63,675 nucleotides of DNA, filler included, from Rhabdomonas costata (GCA_019059605.1; 43 parts of 43 records of this genome joined end to end with filler, not necessarily neighbours in it); one strand, 5' to 3'; positions 22,436 through 36,051 are shown, counted from the whole stretch's first letter. Notes: a model not told the origin generated them from the sequence alone. Program-made: numbers and translations.

Positions 22436-25400
22436 GTTGCATGCTGAACTTTAGCGAGTGTGAGTGCGAGTGTGAGTGCATGCGGGTGTGCGTCTCACCA
22501 CCACCTCACTTAACAAACTGAAACTGAAGAAAGGGGAGTCTCTGGAGCTAAGAGCGATATCCGCTAAGTCGTTTCGGTGTAGCCGACCTAAGTCCCCTAC
22601 GCCATATCTCGTCGGGTGTATTTTCGATGGTTGTTTCTGGCTTTTTAGGAATTTCCCCTTGGTGGTCTTTCTTTTGGCAGACAATGAGTATTGGACAGGA
22701 TGTGAAGGCGGCGCCGATGAAGCGGGGGGGTGGGGCGGCTGAGTAGCGAAGAAGCGATCTTAGTTGGGCTCAAGAAGATGTCTCGCATTATTTGATGGCT
22801 GCCTTCCTTCCCTCCAATACAACAGGGAACCGAAGGATGCTGAGCTTCCACATAAAAAAAGGAGTGCATCCTTTCCCACCCATTTGTCCTGGTGCATTTA
22901 AACCTGCACCCTGTGACCCTGTGACGCCTCCTTACTTGCTAGTTTTAGGTAGTCAAGTGGGGCTGATTCACACTTCCGCTTCTCTCTCGTTATTTGTGTG
23001 ACGGGAGCACAGCACTCCCCTTACACACACACACACACACACACACCTCAGCGGGAGATGGAGGTTCATGAGGTGGAGCTGGAAGATGACTCTTTGATGC
23101 CGACCCGCAGTGAACCAGTGATCGAGGAGTGGGCCCAAAGCCCCACTGCAGGCCCCATTCTCGTTCCCGGGAGCTCCTCGATGACAGGTGGAAGAGGCTT
23201 TCTCTTTCGGCGCAACCCGCACAACACTTTGGACGGAGCCCTGTGTGCGAATTTTATGCGAATTTTACTTCCCAGAACGCCAGACTCACTCGCTCGCTCG
23301 CTCGCTCGCTCACTAACACAAATACAGTGCGGAGGAGTGAGTCGTGCCTTTCTTTTTCAATCGGTCCCTTTTGGTCGGTCGGGGAGCTGTAATTAATTGT
23401 CCGCGTTACTTGAAGGTTGCAGTTGCTCGTTGGAGTGTTTGTACCATTGAGAAAGTCGCCCTGGGATAAATCTGGGTAAAAAGGACGGAGGAAGCTGTCC
23501 TGCCTTCAATTCTTTTTATACGACCCTCGAGCCCGTTTGCCTGCCTACCGAGAAGCACGGCCCAAATTTGAACGTCTTTTCTGAGGAAGGCTTCACAGGC
23601 CTCCCTTCGGCATGCGGAAGCAGCGGGGGGGGGGGGNNNNNNNNNNNNNNNNNNNNNNNNNNNNNNNNNNNNNNNNNNNNTTAATTAATTAANNNNNNNN
23701 NNNNNNNNNNNNNNNNNNNNNNNNNNNNNNNNNNNNAGCCGGGCTGTTCCGTTTGTTTAGTAGTACGTCAACATGATGCCGAGGTGTGGCATTTTCTCCC
23801 GAAATCTACTTTCGGTGCCTTCGATGGAGGGGTTTGAGGACCCCACTGTCTCTCATAAGAGACCTTCACGTGTCTGTAAGCTTACTGGCACCCTTCATGT
23901 CAACAGTTGTATATGTCTTGTTATACTGTAATGCTTCTGTTGCGATGTTGGGACCGACGCGAAATACTCACACTTCTTTTGAGTTGAACTTTGCGGCACC
24001 CAAAACTTCTTTTCTGGCGGCAGTTCTGGTGCTTCCAGCACAATTTGTTGCGCACCAGGATTCCTCCTCGAGCCATGTTGGGGATGACCCTGCGGGTGAA
24101 GTAGTCGCGAACGAGGTGGAAGCCACTCCCTACCCCTCCCATTGCAGACACTGTTCCCTTGCTTCGTGGTTTCTTCTTCGGCAGGTCAACTTTTTGCTGG
24201 CCTTTTTATCGCTCGCCATGCTCTCTATTCCCGTGTCAAATTCGGAAACAAGCTTTTCGTGCACTTTGTTAACGTATTGTCTTTTTCTTTCCTTTCCGTA
24301 TTTGCCTCGAGTCGAATCCCCCGTGGTTTTGATGCTTACCCAATGTATTCGCTTCTCTCGCCAGAGCACGGTGAAAAGGTGTTTTCCAGAAAGGATAACA
24401 AATTTTCCAGAAATATAGCCGTAAAAATGTTGCCATTTATGTCGTTTTGCTTTCCTAGATGGTAAAAAGTTCTATTATAAAAAACGCTAAAGAATTCTGT
24501 ACAACCTCGCGAAAAAATCCCTTTAAGATATTCTAGCGGCTCACCGGCCCCTTCCGGCTGGTAATTGCCCACCACAATGGATGAGGTTTTCCGCTGGTTG
24601 ATATGCGCGCACCTTTCGTCACTTGCTCTCATTCTTTGAGACTGTGTGCTTTGTGTTATTGTTGCTTTATACCCCCCCTCCTCATAGTGGTCTCTTTCCT
24701 TTCTGCCGCCCACGTAGCTTTTGTGATTTTTTTAATTCGGTAGTTGATATTGCGAGCAGAAATACCCTACGGGTTCTCCACTTTGCTCGTTTGTGTTTCC
24801 GGATGCCGTTGGTTTTGAACAAGCTCGCAGTGATTAAGGGCTGGGGATGAGACGATGCAGAGCGTACAGAACCCAAAAAAAGCGTAAAGAGAGAGAGAGA
24901 GAAACAAAGCAATAATGTATGCTTTGATTTGTGACACCATTTGCATACCGTTTGCTGCTGCTTGCTGTCTGTGCCACGTGACACACACACATTCGCACCC
25001 ACAAACGCATAGCGTCCCACCTCTCGGCTGAGGGCGGAGGACCTGGAGCTTCCCGTCACGCTGGAGGACCTGCCCAGGCCCGCGGACGACACCCTCTTGA
25101 CCACACAAANNNNNNNNNNNNNNNNNNNNNNNNNNNNNNNNNNNNNNNNNNNNTTAATTAATTAANNNNNNNNNNNNNNNNNNNNNNNNNNNNNNNNNNN
25201 NNNNNNNNNGGGGGTGGGGGAGAGTTTTGTGAGGGCAGGGATGGTGCGCCAGTGGTACTGCTGGACCGGGCTAGGTAGCCCGCGAGCAGAGGCTGCGGTG
25301 GGGACGTGGAGGACATAGTTGTCAATGAGGGCGATGAGTGAGGCACGATTTGGTGGAATGGTGACAGTCAGCGGCGGATGGGGCTGGGCGTATTGCCGAA

Positions 25401-25981
25401 ACTCGACCCCCCCCCCCCCGACCAACTCCTGGCCAAGAAATAAATGGTGGTGATGCAGGTGTGGGTTCTCTGTCAATAGGCCTCCAGGTCCAGTCACCGA
25501 ACACGGGATGCTGACCTCTGCAGGGTTGTTCAGGTGCCCTGCCAATTCTGAAATCAGCACCTTTTCCCGAGGGGCCACTGGGCCAGGGGCACACCGCGCC
25601 AAGGCGCCATGTGTGGGTGGGTGGTGGGTGCGCAGGGGTGAAAGGGGTGAGCAGACTGGTCTCATGCACTGCTGGAGTGACTGGCGTTTCGACCGGGTGG
25701 AGTGGGTGGTCATAAGGTCAGCAAAGCACTGTCTGTCTTCGGTGGGTACTTCGCGACAGCGGGTTTGAGATTGAAGTTTTGAGGGACCCTGATTATCTGA
25801 AATCGGTGGTGGAGTCGGTTTTTTTCGGCCCAAAATCACATATGCAAAGCGCGAGGTGAAGGATGAGTGGAGGTGAGAAAAGGTGGGAGTAGAGAGAAAG
25901 CGAGGAATAGTGGAAGACAAAAACAGACAAACAGCGGGGGGGGGGTCCCGCAAGGCAGAGCCACAGTGGGGCCCGCCCAAC

Positions 25982-26478
25982 CTGACGGTAAGGTGGCGCT
26001 CTGGGGAGGCCCCTACGAAGTATTTTCCAGCGCCATCGCAGAACAGGAACTTCCAGTAGCACCCGTAGTGCTCCACGAGCCGCCGGAAAATCGTTAGAGC
26101 CTGAAGGCCCCCCCAAAAAATAGCAATGACGAGACTGAAAGTTCCCTCCCCTCTGCCGCGCCCTTTCCCTGTGCATTTTGAAGATGCGCTTCCAGTGTCG
26201 GAAGTGTCGGAAGGTTAATGCCCGTTTCGATTTGGATAAACGCACGTCACAAAAGCGCTCAAATTCATTGGTCCCCCGGAGATATAACCACCACTCCCTC
26301 ATCTGAAGTATTTTCCAGTTTCAAAGCGGTAAAAGGCCGAATACGCTAGGGAATGGGGAGGGGGTCCTACCTGCCCCTCCCTTCTTTTTCCCATAAAGAC
26401 GGGGTAGGGAACCAACCTTGGCTCTGGAGAAGTCCTTGATTTTTCCACTGCACGTGCGCGGCGTAACGAAGCTGGAGC
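25982..26478 (-). CDS. PhzE-type (fused TrpEG-like) anthranilate/ADIC synthase, partial
   Basis: Exon 26478-26417 (GSSFVTPRTCSGKIKDFSRAK) and exon 26100-25982 (ALTIFRRLVEHYGCYWKFLFCDGAGKYFVGASPERHLTV) match PhzE GANFVIKR...ALxxFRxLLxxExGAYWTF...FVGASPERH. Confidence 0.85.
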
Positions 26479-27213
26479 CTGAAAAATGCCGACGGGAAGA
26501 AGGGAAAACCACACTCTTCATCATCACCTTCTACTTCTGGGCGTTTTTGAAACTGCTTTAACCTCCATGTGTGCCAGAAGTTTAAAAAACACCNNNNNNN
26601 NNNNNNNNNNNNNNNNNNNNNNNNNNNNNNNNNNNNNTTAATTAATTAANNNNNNNNNNNNNNNNNNNNNNNNNNNNNNNNNNNNNNNNNNNNGGGTTGT
26701 GGGGCATAGTTCTGGAGAAGAATAAAGTTCGAAGGGCAGAACCTACAGCACTTTTTTAGTCACTGGTTTCAGTGCATTGTAGTGCATGGCGGTGCATAGG
26801 TTTCACTGCAGGATAAATCCATCCTCTCGAAGTGGTACAGTGTGCACCCCAAGGGACTTTTCTTTTTTCCCCTTCAGCTGCACCGCGGTTTGTGTTGTCC
26901 TTTCGCATTTGTTTTCCCGTTTCCTCTCGCCTTTTTTTCTTTTTGGCTCGCATGCATTTATCTTCTTGCAAAATGGAGTGCTCTCTGTGCCTCCGTACTC
27001 GGAAAATGCCTTTCTAGAAACAAGAATTTAGCGGTGCTAAAAAACGGTGTTGCGGCCGCGCCTCGGGCCGCCTTCCACGGCCTCCCCCCTAAAAATTGTC
27101 CAATCGGTCCACAAAGTCCCGAAATGCCGTTAAACACTCACCCACCCAAAAGTTCCCGCCTTTGACAACGCGTGTTTCATAACCTCACGGCCTTTGAAAT
27201 CGTCCTACGGCAG

Positions 27214-27356
27214 AGCCGCAGCGATGTTGTCGGGGAGATGCTCGCCACGGTCTTCGTGGGCTCCCAGGCCCTGGACCTTCACTCTGTTTTCGACCCAGAG
27301 ACGGGCCGCACTACAGCCCAACTCGCCGTGCGGCTGGCGGCGATCTCACTCTGCCC
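27214..27356 (+). CDS. Probable exon, unknown protein
   Basis: GC-rich codons encoding SRSDVVGEMLATVFVGSQALDLHSVFDPETGRTTAQLAVRLAA. Donor gtatgt. The 5' boundary is uncertain. Confidence 0.4.
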
Positions 27357-28959
27357 GTATGTGCGATATGTTATATAAGAAATCCGAAAATTAAAAGAAA
27401 CCAACGCAAAGCAATTGGAAGAAGAAGGGCATCGGATATCGGAAAAGGGGACGAATTGTGCTTGGCCTTTTTTGGAGGGCATGGTGAATGAATGGCACCG
27501 CAGTGTGTCCAGTGAGACGTTAACGGTAATTGTTAGAACTGCACACGAGGAAGAAAGCGAAAGGGGGTTTGGGGGGACTTGGGTTTTTGTTGAGGGAGCA
27601 TCACAAGCAATGAGATCGAGAAAAATGGTTGCCCTCAGCACTGCTTTCTGGCGGTGAATCTTGAGTCCAGAAGTTAGTCCCCCATCTCTTCTCGTTTGCC
27701 TGCGAGGATTGCGGCAGGGGCATTGGGGCAAGTTCCTCTGGTCAGAGCATGAGTACTCTTACTGCCAAGATGGGAGTGAAATTTCTCCACCGCAATTCCC
27801 CCCCCCCCCGTCCATCGCGGCGCGTAAATGCCGCAACCCACTCTCGGTCAACCAAAATAAAGCCCATTTTTTGTATTTGAAAGTTTCCAGTTTGCAAGCG
27901 ATTGCACCGAAAGCTATTGTGCTCCTGTCACAACGGCATGTAAGCGTGAGGGGCCTTGCACTGAGCACCTAAAGATTGCCTCTTTGAACGTTGCACATAC
28001 CTGGAAGTGACTTAATGTTGTGTGGGAAAGTTTTGGTTCGACCTCCGGGAAATCGACCAAACTTTCCCACACCAACANNNNNNNNNNNNNNNNNNNNNNN
28101 NNNNNNNNNNNNNNNNNNNNNTTAATTAATTAANNNNNNNNNNNNNNNNNNNNNNNNNNNNNNNNNNNNNNNNNNNNTGGCGAGCCACGAATCTTCTCGA
28201 TCATCATGTCAACGAGGTACTCACTGGTAGGGTGGCTGAGAGAGAGAGAGCACAACCACAAAATAAATTAAGGTTTCCGGGTTTTATAGTAAATTCTATA
28301 GTAACCGAAGTTAACCTATTCTAAATTGTAGGTTATTTTTCCTGGAATCTATTTCTGTTACGCATCTGCTTGCCTCTTCGTGGATGCTCGACCGGAGGAG
28401 GTGGTCAGTGTGTGCTGACGGACCGGACCTTCTCCGCGCCTTGGCCCATGCTGCTGTTTATGCACCGACCGCAGACCTCACAATGAAGCTCACAAAACGG
28501 AAGGCAGCAACAAATTAAAGAAATTAAATCAAGACAATCAAGACTTTCTCTTGAGATGGACTGCAATCGCATGCAGAGAAACGGAACATGGATTTGCAGG
28601 AGGCAGAGACGGTGGCTGAGATAGGACATCCGATAAAAGTGACAATATCAGGTCAGAAAATATTGAAGCAGCAATGACAAGCGTCGGTAAACGGTGAACG
28701 TGACGGCCGCTGCTCGGAACACCGTTGGTTCTCAGAGAAAGCCTGAGGGGAGAAATCTTTCTGGAAGTACATTCCCAAAAACGAAAGAAAACGTCGCCAC
28801 TTGCCTTCACCATACTCATCATTGGCCTAATTGGTGAGTAGGAATCATCAATGGAAGAATCGGCTTCGGCATTACGCATCACCCTTCCTTGTCGCACATG
28901 TGCATGCAAAGGCTCGGTCACCCATCCCATACCTACCCCCTTCCCGTGACGCACAGTGC

Positions 28960-29240
28960 CTGAGGATCTCTGGAGTTTCCACTGCCGGGCGGAACAGCCT
29001 CTGCAGCAGCCCAAAGCATACCGGGCAAGGTTGGGATAAGCTAGCTACGGGTTGGCTCTCTCCCACCACCAACCTCGCGGTGGCCACCAGCAGCTCATCC
29101 GCAGAGGCAAACATCGGAGGGCAGTCGTAGGCCGTCATCCGCAAACAGCAACGGATGCACAGCCCCAGCTGCAGGGCACGGGCCAGCGCGGGACCCCGCC
29201 CAGCGGCCACAATTGCAGCAGCATACCCTTCCGCAGACAT
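28960..29240 (-). CDS. PUS10: tRNA pseudouridine synthase Pus10, N-terminal Zn-binding region (first exon)
   Basis: LQLGLCIRCCLRM...PCPVCFGLLQ resembles Pus10 CxRCxxR...CxVCLGILQ. Possible GC donor AG|gcactg. Confidence 0.6.
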
Positions 29241-32200
29241 TGTTGCGGAAAAGGTCGAAACGGACTCAAAAAATACTGCGGGATATGAACGACGAATATT
29301 CGGGAGAACTCAAACCGATGGAGGACACGTTGCTGCGTAAGTACTTTCCCCAGTACTGAAATATACCGCTCGCCAATGCCAGAACAAAGAGGTTTCCCAT
29401 TGCACGAGTGCTTGTAAATCCACCCACTCAGCATTCCTCCTGCCAACGCGGAGGTTAACGCTGTGCCCTATCACGTTTGGCGTGCTCGGCGGCGACATTC
29501 CATTCAAGTTCATTTCGAACATCACCTCCGCGAAAGCGCATGTGGACACTACCACCCACANNNNNNNNNNNNNNNNNNNNNNNNNNNNNNNNNNNNNNNN
29601 NNNNTTAATTAATTAANNNNNNNNNNNNNNNNNNNNNNNNNNNNNNNNNNNNNNNNNNNNGTTGGTTTGGGAGCATTTTTTTGTATGTTTGCGCAGAAAA
29701 AAAACTGCAAGTTTTCTTCAGCGAGTGCATGAGGGGCTCTAGAGTGGTGCCTGTGTCTGGTTACCTGAATCAATGCTCTTGTATTAAGGGGTGTGGATGA
29801 GGTTAGAACCTCCCATAACTACTGGCGTTTGCTGGAGTAAGGTGGCGCTGACGAGGCAGTCGCGAGTCGCGGTCAGGGCTGAAGCACACACTCTACAAAT
29901 AGTGAGACCTGGGGCGTTCCAAAAGCTGCCACAATTCCTGCCCAGTCCGGTGCTGAGCACGTGACATGCTCCGCTGCCAGCGACGGCGACGCCGACCCCT
30001 GAAGTTTCAAGAAGACCCCCCCTCCCCGATCCACCCAACCATCGACGGACTCGCGACATACCACCAAAAGGGTTCCGTTGCATTTTACTTGACCCAACAC
30101 AGTCGCCCGCTGCCGACCCCTCCCGCCTCGCCGCCGCGCTGGGCACCGCTCCTTAATATGGACCCATTTCTCTCATCCGTCAAAGCCCAGAAAACAGAAT
30201 TCCCCTTATCAAAAAAAAACCAAAAACGTTCATGGGTACTAAACGTATCACTTCCCCCCCCTCCCCATGCTTCTTTTGGATGGGGGGGGGGGTTGAAAAT
30301 GGATTATTTTTTTTTTGGTAATTGTTAGGGTACGAAACTACACGACTGCACTCCCCGCCCCCTACAAGTGGATCAAACATTGAGCTGGGTGTGAAGGGAA
30401 AACACTGGTACGGATACTGTCAGGCACCGAAGTTGCTCGAATCCATATCACAGTAAAACATGCTGGTCTCGATTAGGCGTTAGGATAAAGGCAACTCTGG
30501 CCCCACCCCAACCGGACTTCCTCTGTGGAACATGCCCGGTTGGGCAGATAAGTTGCCTGGAGATGACGGAGTCTCGAGCAGTCACGAGACTTAAGACTTA
30601 AATGATAACTGAGGAGAAAAGGCTTTATCTCTCCCACAAACATGGGGATCAGGAACCCACCGAAAGAAAAATGCCAAAACGCTACTCTACGAAAGCTAGC
30701 GTACCGAAACACGTCAACAAAAAACGCATTTATTGCGGTGGCAGTCATATAGGCTGCGCCGGTGGCTTGACTCATCCCAAATGGTGACGAAACAAATGCA
30801 AAACAGAAGGGACACACACACACACACACACGATCAGATAGCATCCAAGAGAACCAAGAGAACAGCGAGGACAGGCCGGAGGTTTGTGATGGCCGAAAAC
30901 CAATCTGAAATGGATGCCCGAAAGCAAAGAGAGCTTTTTGCTAATCCCCTGCCACACCACTGAGCAAGATCGCAGCCATAGACGGCGCCCCACCGCGTAG
31001 CTGCCAAGACCGAGGCCGCCGCCACAGATCCTGCACTACAAAACNNNNNNNNNNNNNNNNNNNNNNNNNNNNNNNNNNNNNNNNNNNNTTAATTAATTAA
31101 NNNNNNNNNNNNNNNNNNNNNNNNNNNNNNNNNNNNNNNNNNNNGGTGGTGGGGGCTCCGCGAAACATAGGGAACATTGTAAGGGAAGGGATGACTTTCT
31201 GGAAGGCGGTCTGCGATCACGTCTCGCCGGAGAAGATTGCAGCGGGTGTACGGATGCCAATGATTTGGGATGAAAACCAGGGGAAACGACATGGCATCCA
31301 GAGTCGGTGGGTGCCTTCGTTTCAGATAAACTAAACGGGCGCTGGTCTGGTTTGCGCGACATTGTACGGTAGACCTGGTAGCCGTTGTTATAAGTGAAGG
31401 AGGCAAGGCAGCGGCTTACAAGTCCCCAGAACCACGTTGTAGACATCCCTTTACGTTGGAATACAAAGGTATTTCTCCCAAGTAAAGAACCAGTGGCGCT
31501 CTAACCCCACCGATGGCTCCACAGCGCATAGTAGCAGCCGTGGTCCGTTATGAAAAAAGGTAACATGACTCAAGGCATATGAAAGGGGAACTGCAGGCTC
31601 CGAGCAGAGGCTGCGTTTCTCCTTTTTTAGTGGGGGAGGGAGGGATGTGTATATGTGCGTGTCAATGCAATTCTTTGATATCCTTGGTTATGCGGTGGTG
31701 CGGACCAAACCTTGCCAGCATGCTGGTTAATTCCCCCAAGAGGTATGGAATATGATGCTTTCAAACTGCGTCAAAGCAATATATGTACTGGCTTGGCGAC
31801 ACGGAAGTTGACAGAAAATTTGCTTGGTAAGTTGCCTGCAAGGCGTTGCCTGCAAGCGCAGCCAATGGTGCAAAGGGCCGGATTAGTGATGTCAATGTAA
31901 AAGCCTCACGGGCACACGCTTTCCCGCTGCACCCTTCCCAAAGCAACTCCTGAGTTTCTTCCTCACCCACTTGGGGAAACAAAACACAGGAAAATAGAAA
32001 AAAAAGGAAGTTCAGGCTGAACCCGATGGGTCTAAAGTCGGCTCAAGAGGCACCACGCAAATAGGTGATGCCGGGGGAAGGAAAGGGAATGAACAGCAAT
32101 AAACACAAACGCAACGAAGCCAAAGACGGGACACGGGGCACAGAAGATGCTGTGTGCAGAAAGGAGCAAAGGGTGGCATGGGAATAGTTGCCAAAACAAT

Positions 32201-32735
32201 GGTGGCCCACAGGAGCTAAAACTTATCCGCTGTCCGTCCAATCAAACTGCATTGGCCCAGCTTGGTGTACTTTGATAGTCTGCTTTCGAGATAATGGTAC
32301 TATGATGGTCCAAATGCAAGAGGAGTTGGAAGCACATTTTTTTGAGGCCAGAAGTCACCACTGCAGAAAAATTCCCTCCAAAAAACCGGTCCCACATAAG
32401 CCACAGCTGTCATTTTATTACTTGCCGCAATCGCCCCACCAAGTCTCAAGGCATGAATGAGATAAATCACAGTGACGTATTCCTTCTGGGGTGGTATTAG
32501 CAACCACTTTTCCAAAGCATTTCCAAAACNNNNNNNNNNNNNNNNNNNNNNNNNNNNNNNNNNNNNNNNNNNNTTAATTAATTAANNNNNNNNNNNNNNN
32601 NNNNNNNNNNNNNNNNNNNNNNNNNNNNNGTGTTGTGTGAAAGGAAGAGAGGGGACTTAAGAAACTGGTACAAGGGAAAAGTTGGGTCGTGAAACTGAAA
32701 TTTATACTAAATCGGGCCAAATTTGGACGGTACAG

Positions 32736-33563
32736 GTTCCGGCGAAGCACAGCTCCTGGGTCGGGGAGTGCTTCGTGTTTGACACCCGACATGCCGTGGC
32801 TCATGGTGAGAGTGGAGTGGAGCTGGGCCACGTCTCCCGCTGCTACGCCTGCCGTGCAATGCTCTTCCCTGCGGACCGACTCTCGCCGGACTTCCGCGAA
32901 GGTGCCTCCGCTCTGCTGTACGGCACCTGCACTGGCCCATTCAGTACTTGAACGTTTCCAAACACTGCGTTTTTGCTTTAATTATCCAGCTTATCCAAGC
33001 TTGACCCTGTGCCCCTTTCTTCAGATTTTAGCACTTAAGGGCAGGGTTATGTGAAGTATCAGGTTTTTGGTTGTCAGGCACAAAAAAAAAAGGAGTCATT
33101 CCGACTTTTTTGCATCTCCTGGGTGGTTTTGTACTTTGGACGGATGAAGCTGGGCTGTACATTCGTATGGAGTGGTACCTGTGTGCGACAGTTTGTTGGA
33201 AGTGGGTCCTCTTATCTCAGCTTTTTCATGGTATTGTCCTGGTATTGTCTCCCCAACCCTCACTATGCAGGGGTGTCCTGCCCCCACTGCTGCAAGTCGC
33301 TGACTCCTGAGAGGGCACGCGCCCTGCAAGAGCGGCAGCGGCAGATCGAGCTGGCCGGGCAGAGGGGGGAGGGCCCTCACCTGGGAACCCACCGCCCCGC
33401 ATCGCTTCCGGCTGCCCGAGGAAGCTTGCCCTCGGTTGGCTCCCAAGCGAAGCACGGCCGCTCGGACGCGATTCCCTCCCCAGGATGTCGTATGGACAAT
33501 ATGGGAAGGATCGCCTTGTTTGTAATTTTCAACTTGATGATTGCTATTATCCCCCGGCCCTGA
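32736..33563 (+). CDS. Rhodanese-domain tRNA U34 hydroxylase TrhO (YceA)-like, last two exons
   Basis: Exon 32736-32901 (SSWVGECFVFDTRHAV..RCYACRAML..DFRE) and exon 33271-33563 (GVSCPHCC..LQERQRQIELAGQRGEGPHLG), joined by a phase-1 GT-AG intron. Confidence 0.88.
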
Positions 33564-33819
33564 TTACAGATCTGGCGTTTGGGTTTACGCCGTTGTTCTC
33601 CCACTTTTGTTTAAAGACGAAATGTTTCGCCCTCCGTCCTGAGAAACGAAGGTTGAATTAGTTCCCTGCCTGTTCCCGTTCCTGCCGCGTCTTGCCGTTT
33701 CCACCCATTCCACTTGACTTGTGTTATTTCTACATTTCAGAAGTTCCCTTTGACTGAATCGTTGCTTTGGATTTTCTGTGGATTTTCGTTTTCCCTGCTG
33801 TTCAGCTTCTGTTAAAAGT

Positions 33820-34012
33820 ATGCCTGGATTTGCAGTCGCGTACGCGCCCACCGGCCGTGCTACGTGCAAGAAGTGCGATCGATTGATTTCACAGGACACT
33901 TTGAAGCTTGGCCAAGTTGTTCCCTCCCCCTTCCGCGACGGGGAAATGACCAAGTGGTACCACCCCAGGTGCTTCTTGAAGGTGAACTTCCGCGTCCCGC
34001 CTCAGAGCGCGT
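33820..34012 (+). CDS. PARP-type zinc finger (zf-PARP) protein, N-terminus
   Basis: MPGFAVAYAPTGRATCKKCDRLISQDTLKLG..WYHPRCF matches the zf-PARP consensus. Confidence 0.92.
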
Positions 34013-36051
34013 NNNNNNNNNNNNNNNNNNNNNNNNNNNNNNNNNNNNNNNNNNNNTTAATTAATTAANNNNNNNNNNNNNNNNNNNNNNNNNNNNNNNN
34101 NNNNNNNNNNNNAGTAGGCAAGGGCAAGGAGTACAAGAAAGTTTCGGGATCAATTGTCATCAATTGTTAGAGGAACCTTGACTTGAACACAACCATAAAG
34201 TTGCATAAAGATATGTTAGTGTAGTACATTAAATCCTCAGATTACCCGAATATACGCTCGACATGACTGTGGAACATGTTGCATTGCCCTCTAACTACCT
34301 GTGTGTGTATGTGTGTATGTGTGTAGCATGAGGTAAGTATGTGTATGTGTGTGGCATAAAATAACTCCAGCCAAGGATGACTCAGAATGTATAGCTTTCA
34401 AGAAAAGCTCCAGCACAAAAACAGCACAACCGCTTTCGCTTTTCTGAACTGGACGGGGGGGGGCACCTGGTGAGCGGTGAGCTTTGGTCGCATTGGCTGC
34501 GGTCGCACGGGATAGTTCCGTTCCAGATCCAGGGCAGCTCCACTGATCAATGTAACCTTTACATACCCAGGCAAACAACCCAAAGACCCCCATTTTAAAG
34601 ATAGTGAGGAAGGGAATTGGGCCACGGCTTTGTTTCCGCGACTGTGGCGGCGTGGCGGCGGGCTTCCTGTAAATTGTTTGTTATTTTGTGCTGCACTCTT
34701 CCCGAACTCTTGTGCCTGTGCCACAGGGAGCATTTCATTATTAAAAGTGAGTTATATAAATGCAACGATAAAAACATATTTCAGTGAATGTTCAGTGGAC
34801 AGGTTAGCTAAGGTGTTAAGGTGTTAAGGTGTTAGCTAAGGTGGGAAACTGTGGCTTAGTCGCACGTTGAATATGAGCCGCCTTTCCTCGGAAAATGAAG
34901 CGCTTTGTTCAAGGAATTCTTCGTTCAGTGCTTTGCTTGAGGATTACCGTTCTTGGTCACAAAACAGATTCTCGTACAAGAATTTTGCAGCATTAGTACT
35001 GCAGGCACCCTGTTTGTGGGGGCAGGTGGTGGGGATGAAAACTTTCTCCTGAAGCCCAACTGAAGTCCAACTGAAGCCACATTATCATACGGGTTTGCCT
35101 TAATTCCCAAGCAAGCTTGAAGAAGAAAGAAGCTACCAGAAAAAAGTGCAACACTGGGACGCAGAGCACACTGCCCACCCACCTGCCTCATAACCCCAAG
35201 CTGATGATGGTTCTCCCAAAACCCTTCCGTTTCCGACGTGTGGCACAGGGCGACGCACCGTCGCATCCTTTGACGCAGTGCTTCCCGAACAGAATCAGGC
35301 AGGTTTTGGAGCACGCCATAGCAAAAATTTGATCAAAGCAACTCCGCAGCGCTGGGCAGGTAAATTTGTTGGGATCACCTGCACGAACAAAAATGCATGC
35401 CCCCACCCCCCGCTGCAACATCTTCAGGGAGAACCTACTCACACGCCATAGCAAAAATTTGATCAAAGCAACTCCGCAGCGCGGGGCAGATAACTTNNNN
35501 NNNNNNNNNNNNNNNNNNNNNNNNNNNNNNNNNNNNNNNNTTAATTAATTAANNNNNNNNNNNNNNNNNNNNNNNNNNNNNNNNNNNNNNNNNNNNTGGT
35601 GTTCGATGCACATTGAGTTGCCACCGTGTCAGCCAGCTCTTCGCTGCCCGTGGAATCACACAAGTCAAGGCCATGATGAAACCGAAAAGAAGTCTTGAGA
35701 CACCGTCAATTTCAAATGTTATTGAGCGATTTCAGATAAAACTATCTGCCCATCGGCATATCACCTTCTACAACTTCCACTCACAATTTGCATATATATT
35801 CTAAAGTCGACTTATCCCTTCTATTAATGTCCCGGAAAACCAGGAACAAATTTATTTTCACCAACACCGTATATGCAGGGATCTGTATGGTATTCTCCCG
35901 GGACAGGACTCTCGCCTCCTGACAACTCCTGACAACTAATGTATGTTGTTGTTCATTGCCGATGTGTTTGTGCTCCCAAAACAGATCCCCATTCTCCAGA
36001 GCCTAGGACCGGGCTGTCAAGGAAGTTTTCGGTTACCATGGCAGTAGTAAC

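Noticed and set aside
25162-25981. 304-aa ORF read-through beyond the PhzE-like exon (and the similar 283-aa ORF at 4810-5661)
   Set aside because: Homology stops at the splice donor. The remainder is intron or off-frame sequence.
30959-31036. GSVAAASVLAATRWGAVYGCDL as a methyltransferase motif
   Set aside because: Too short and degenerate to assign.
35312-35482. 41-bp direct duplication near a contig end
   Set aside because: Exact copy next to the contig end. Likely a local duplication or assembly artefact with no further structure.
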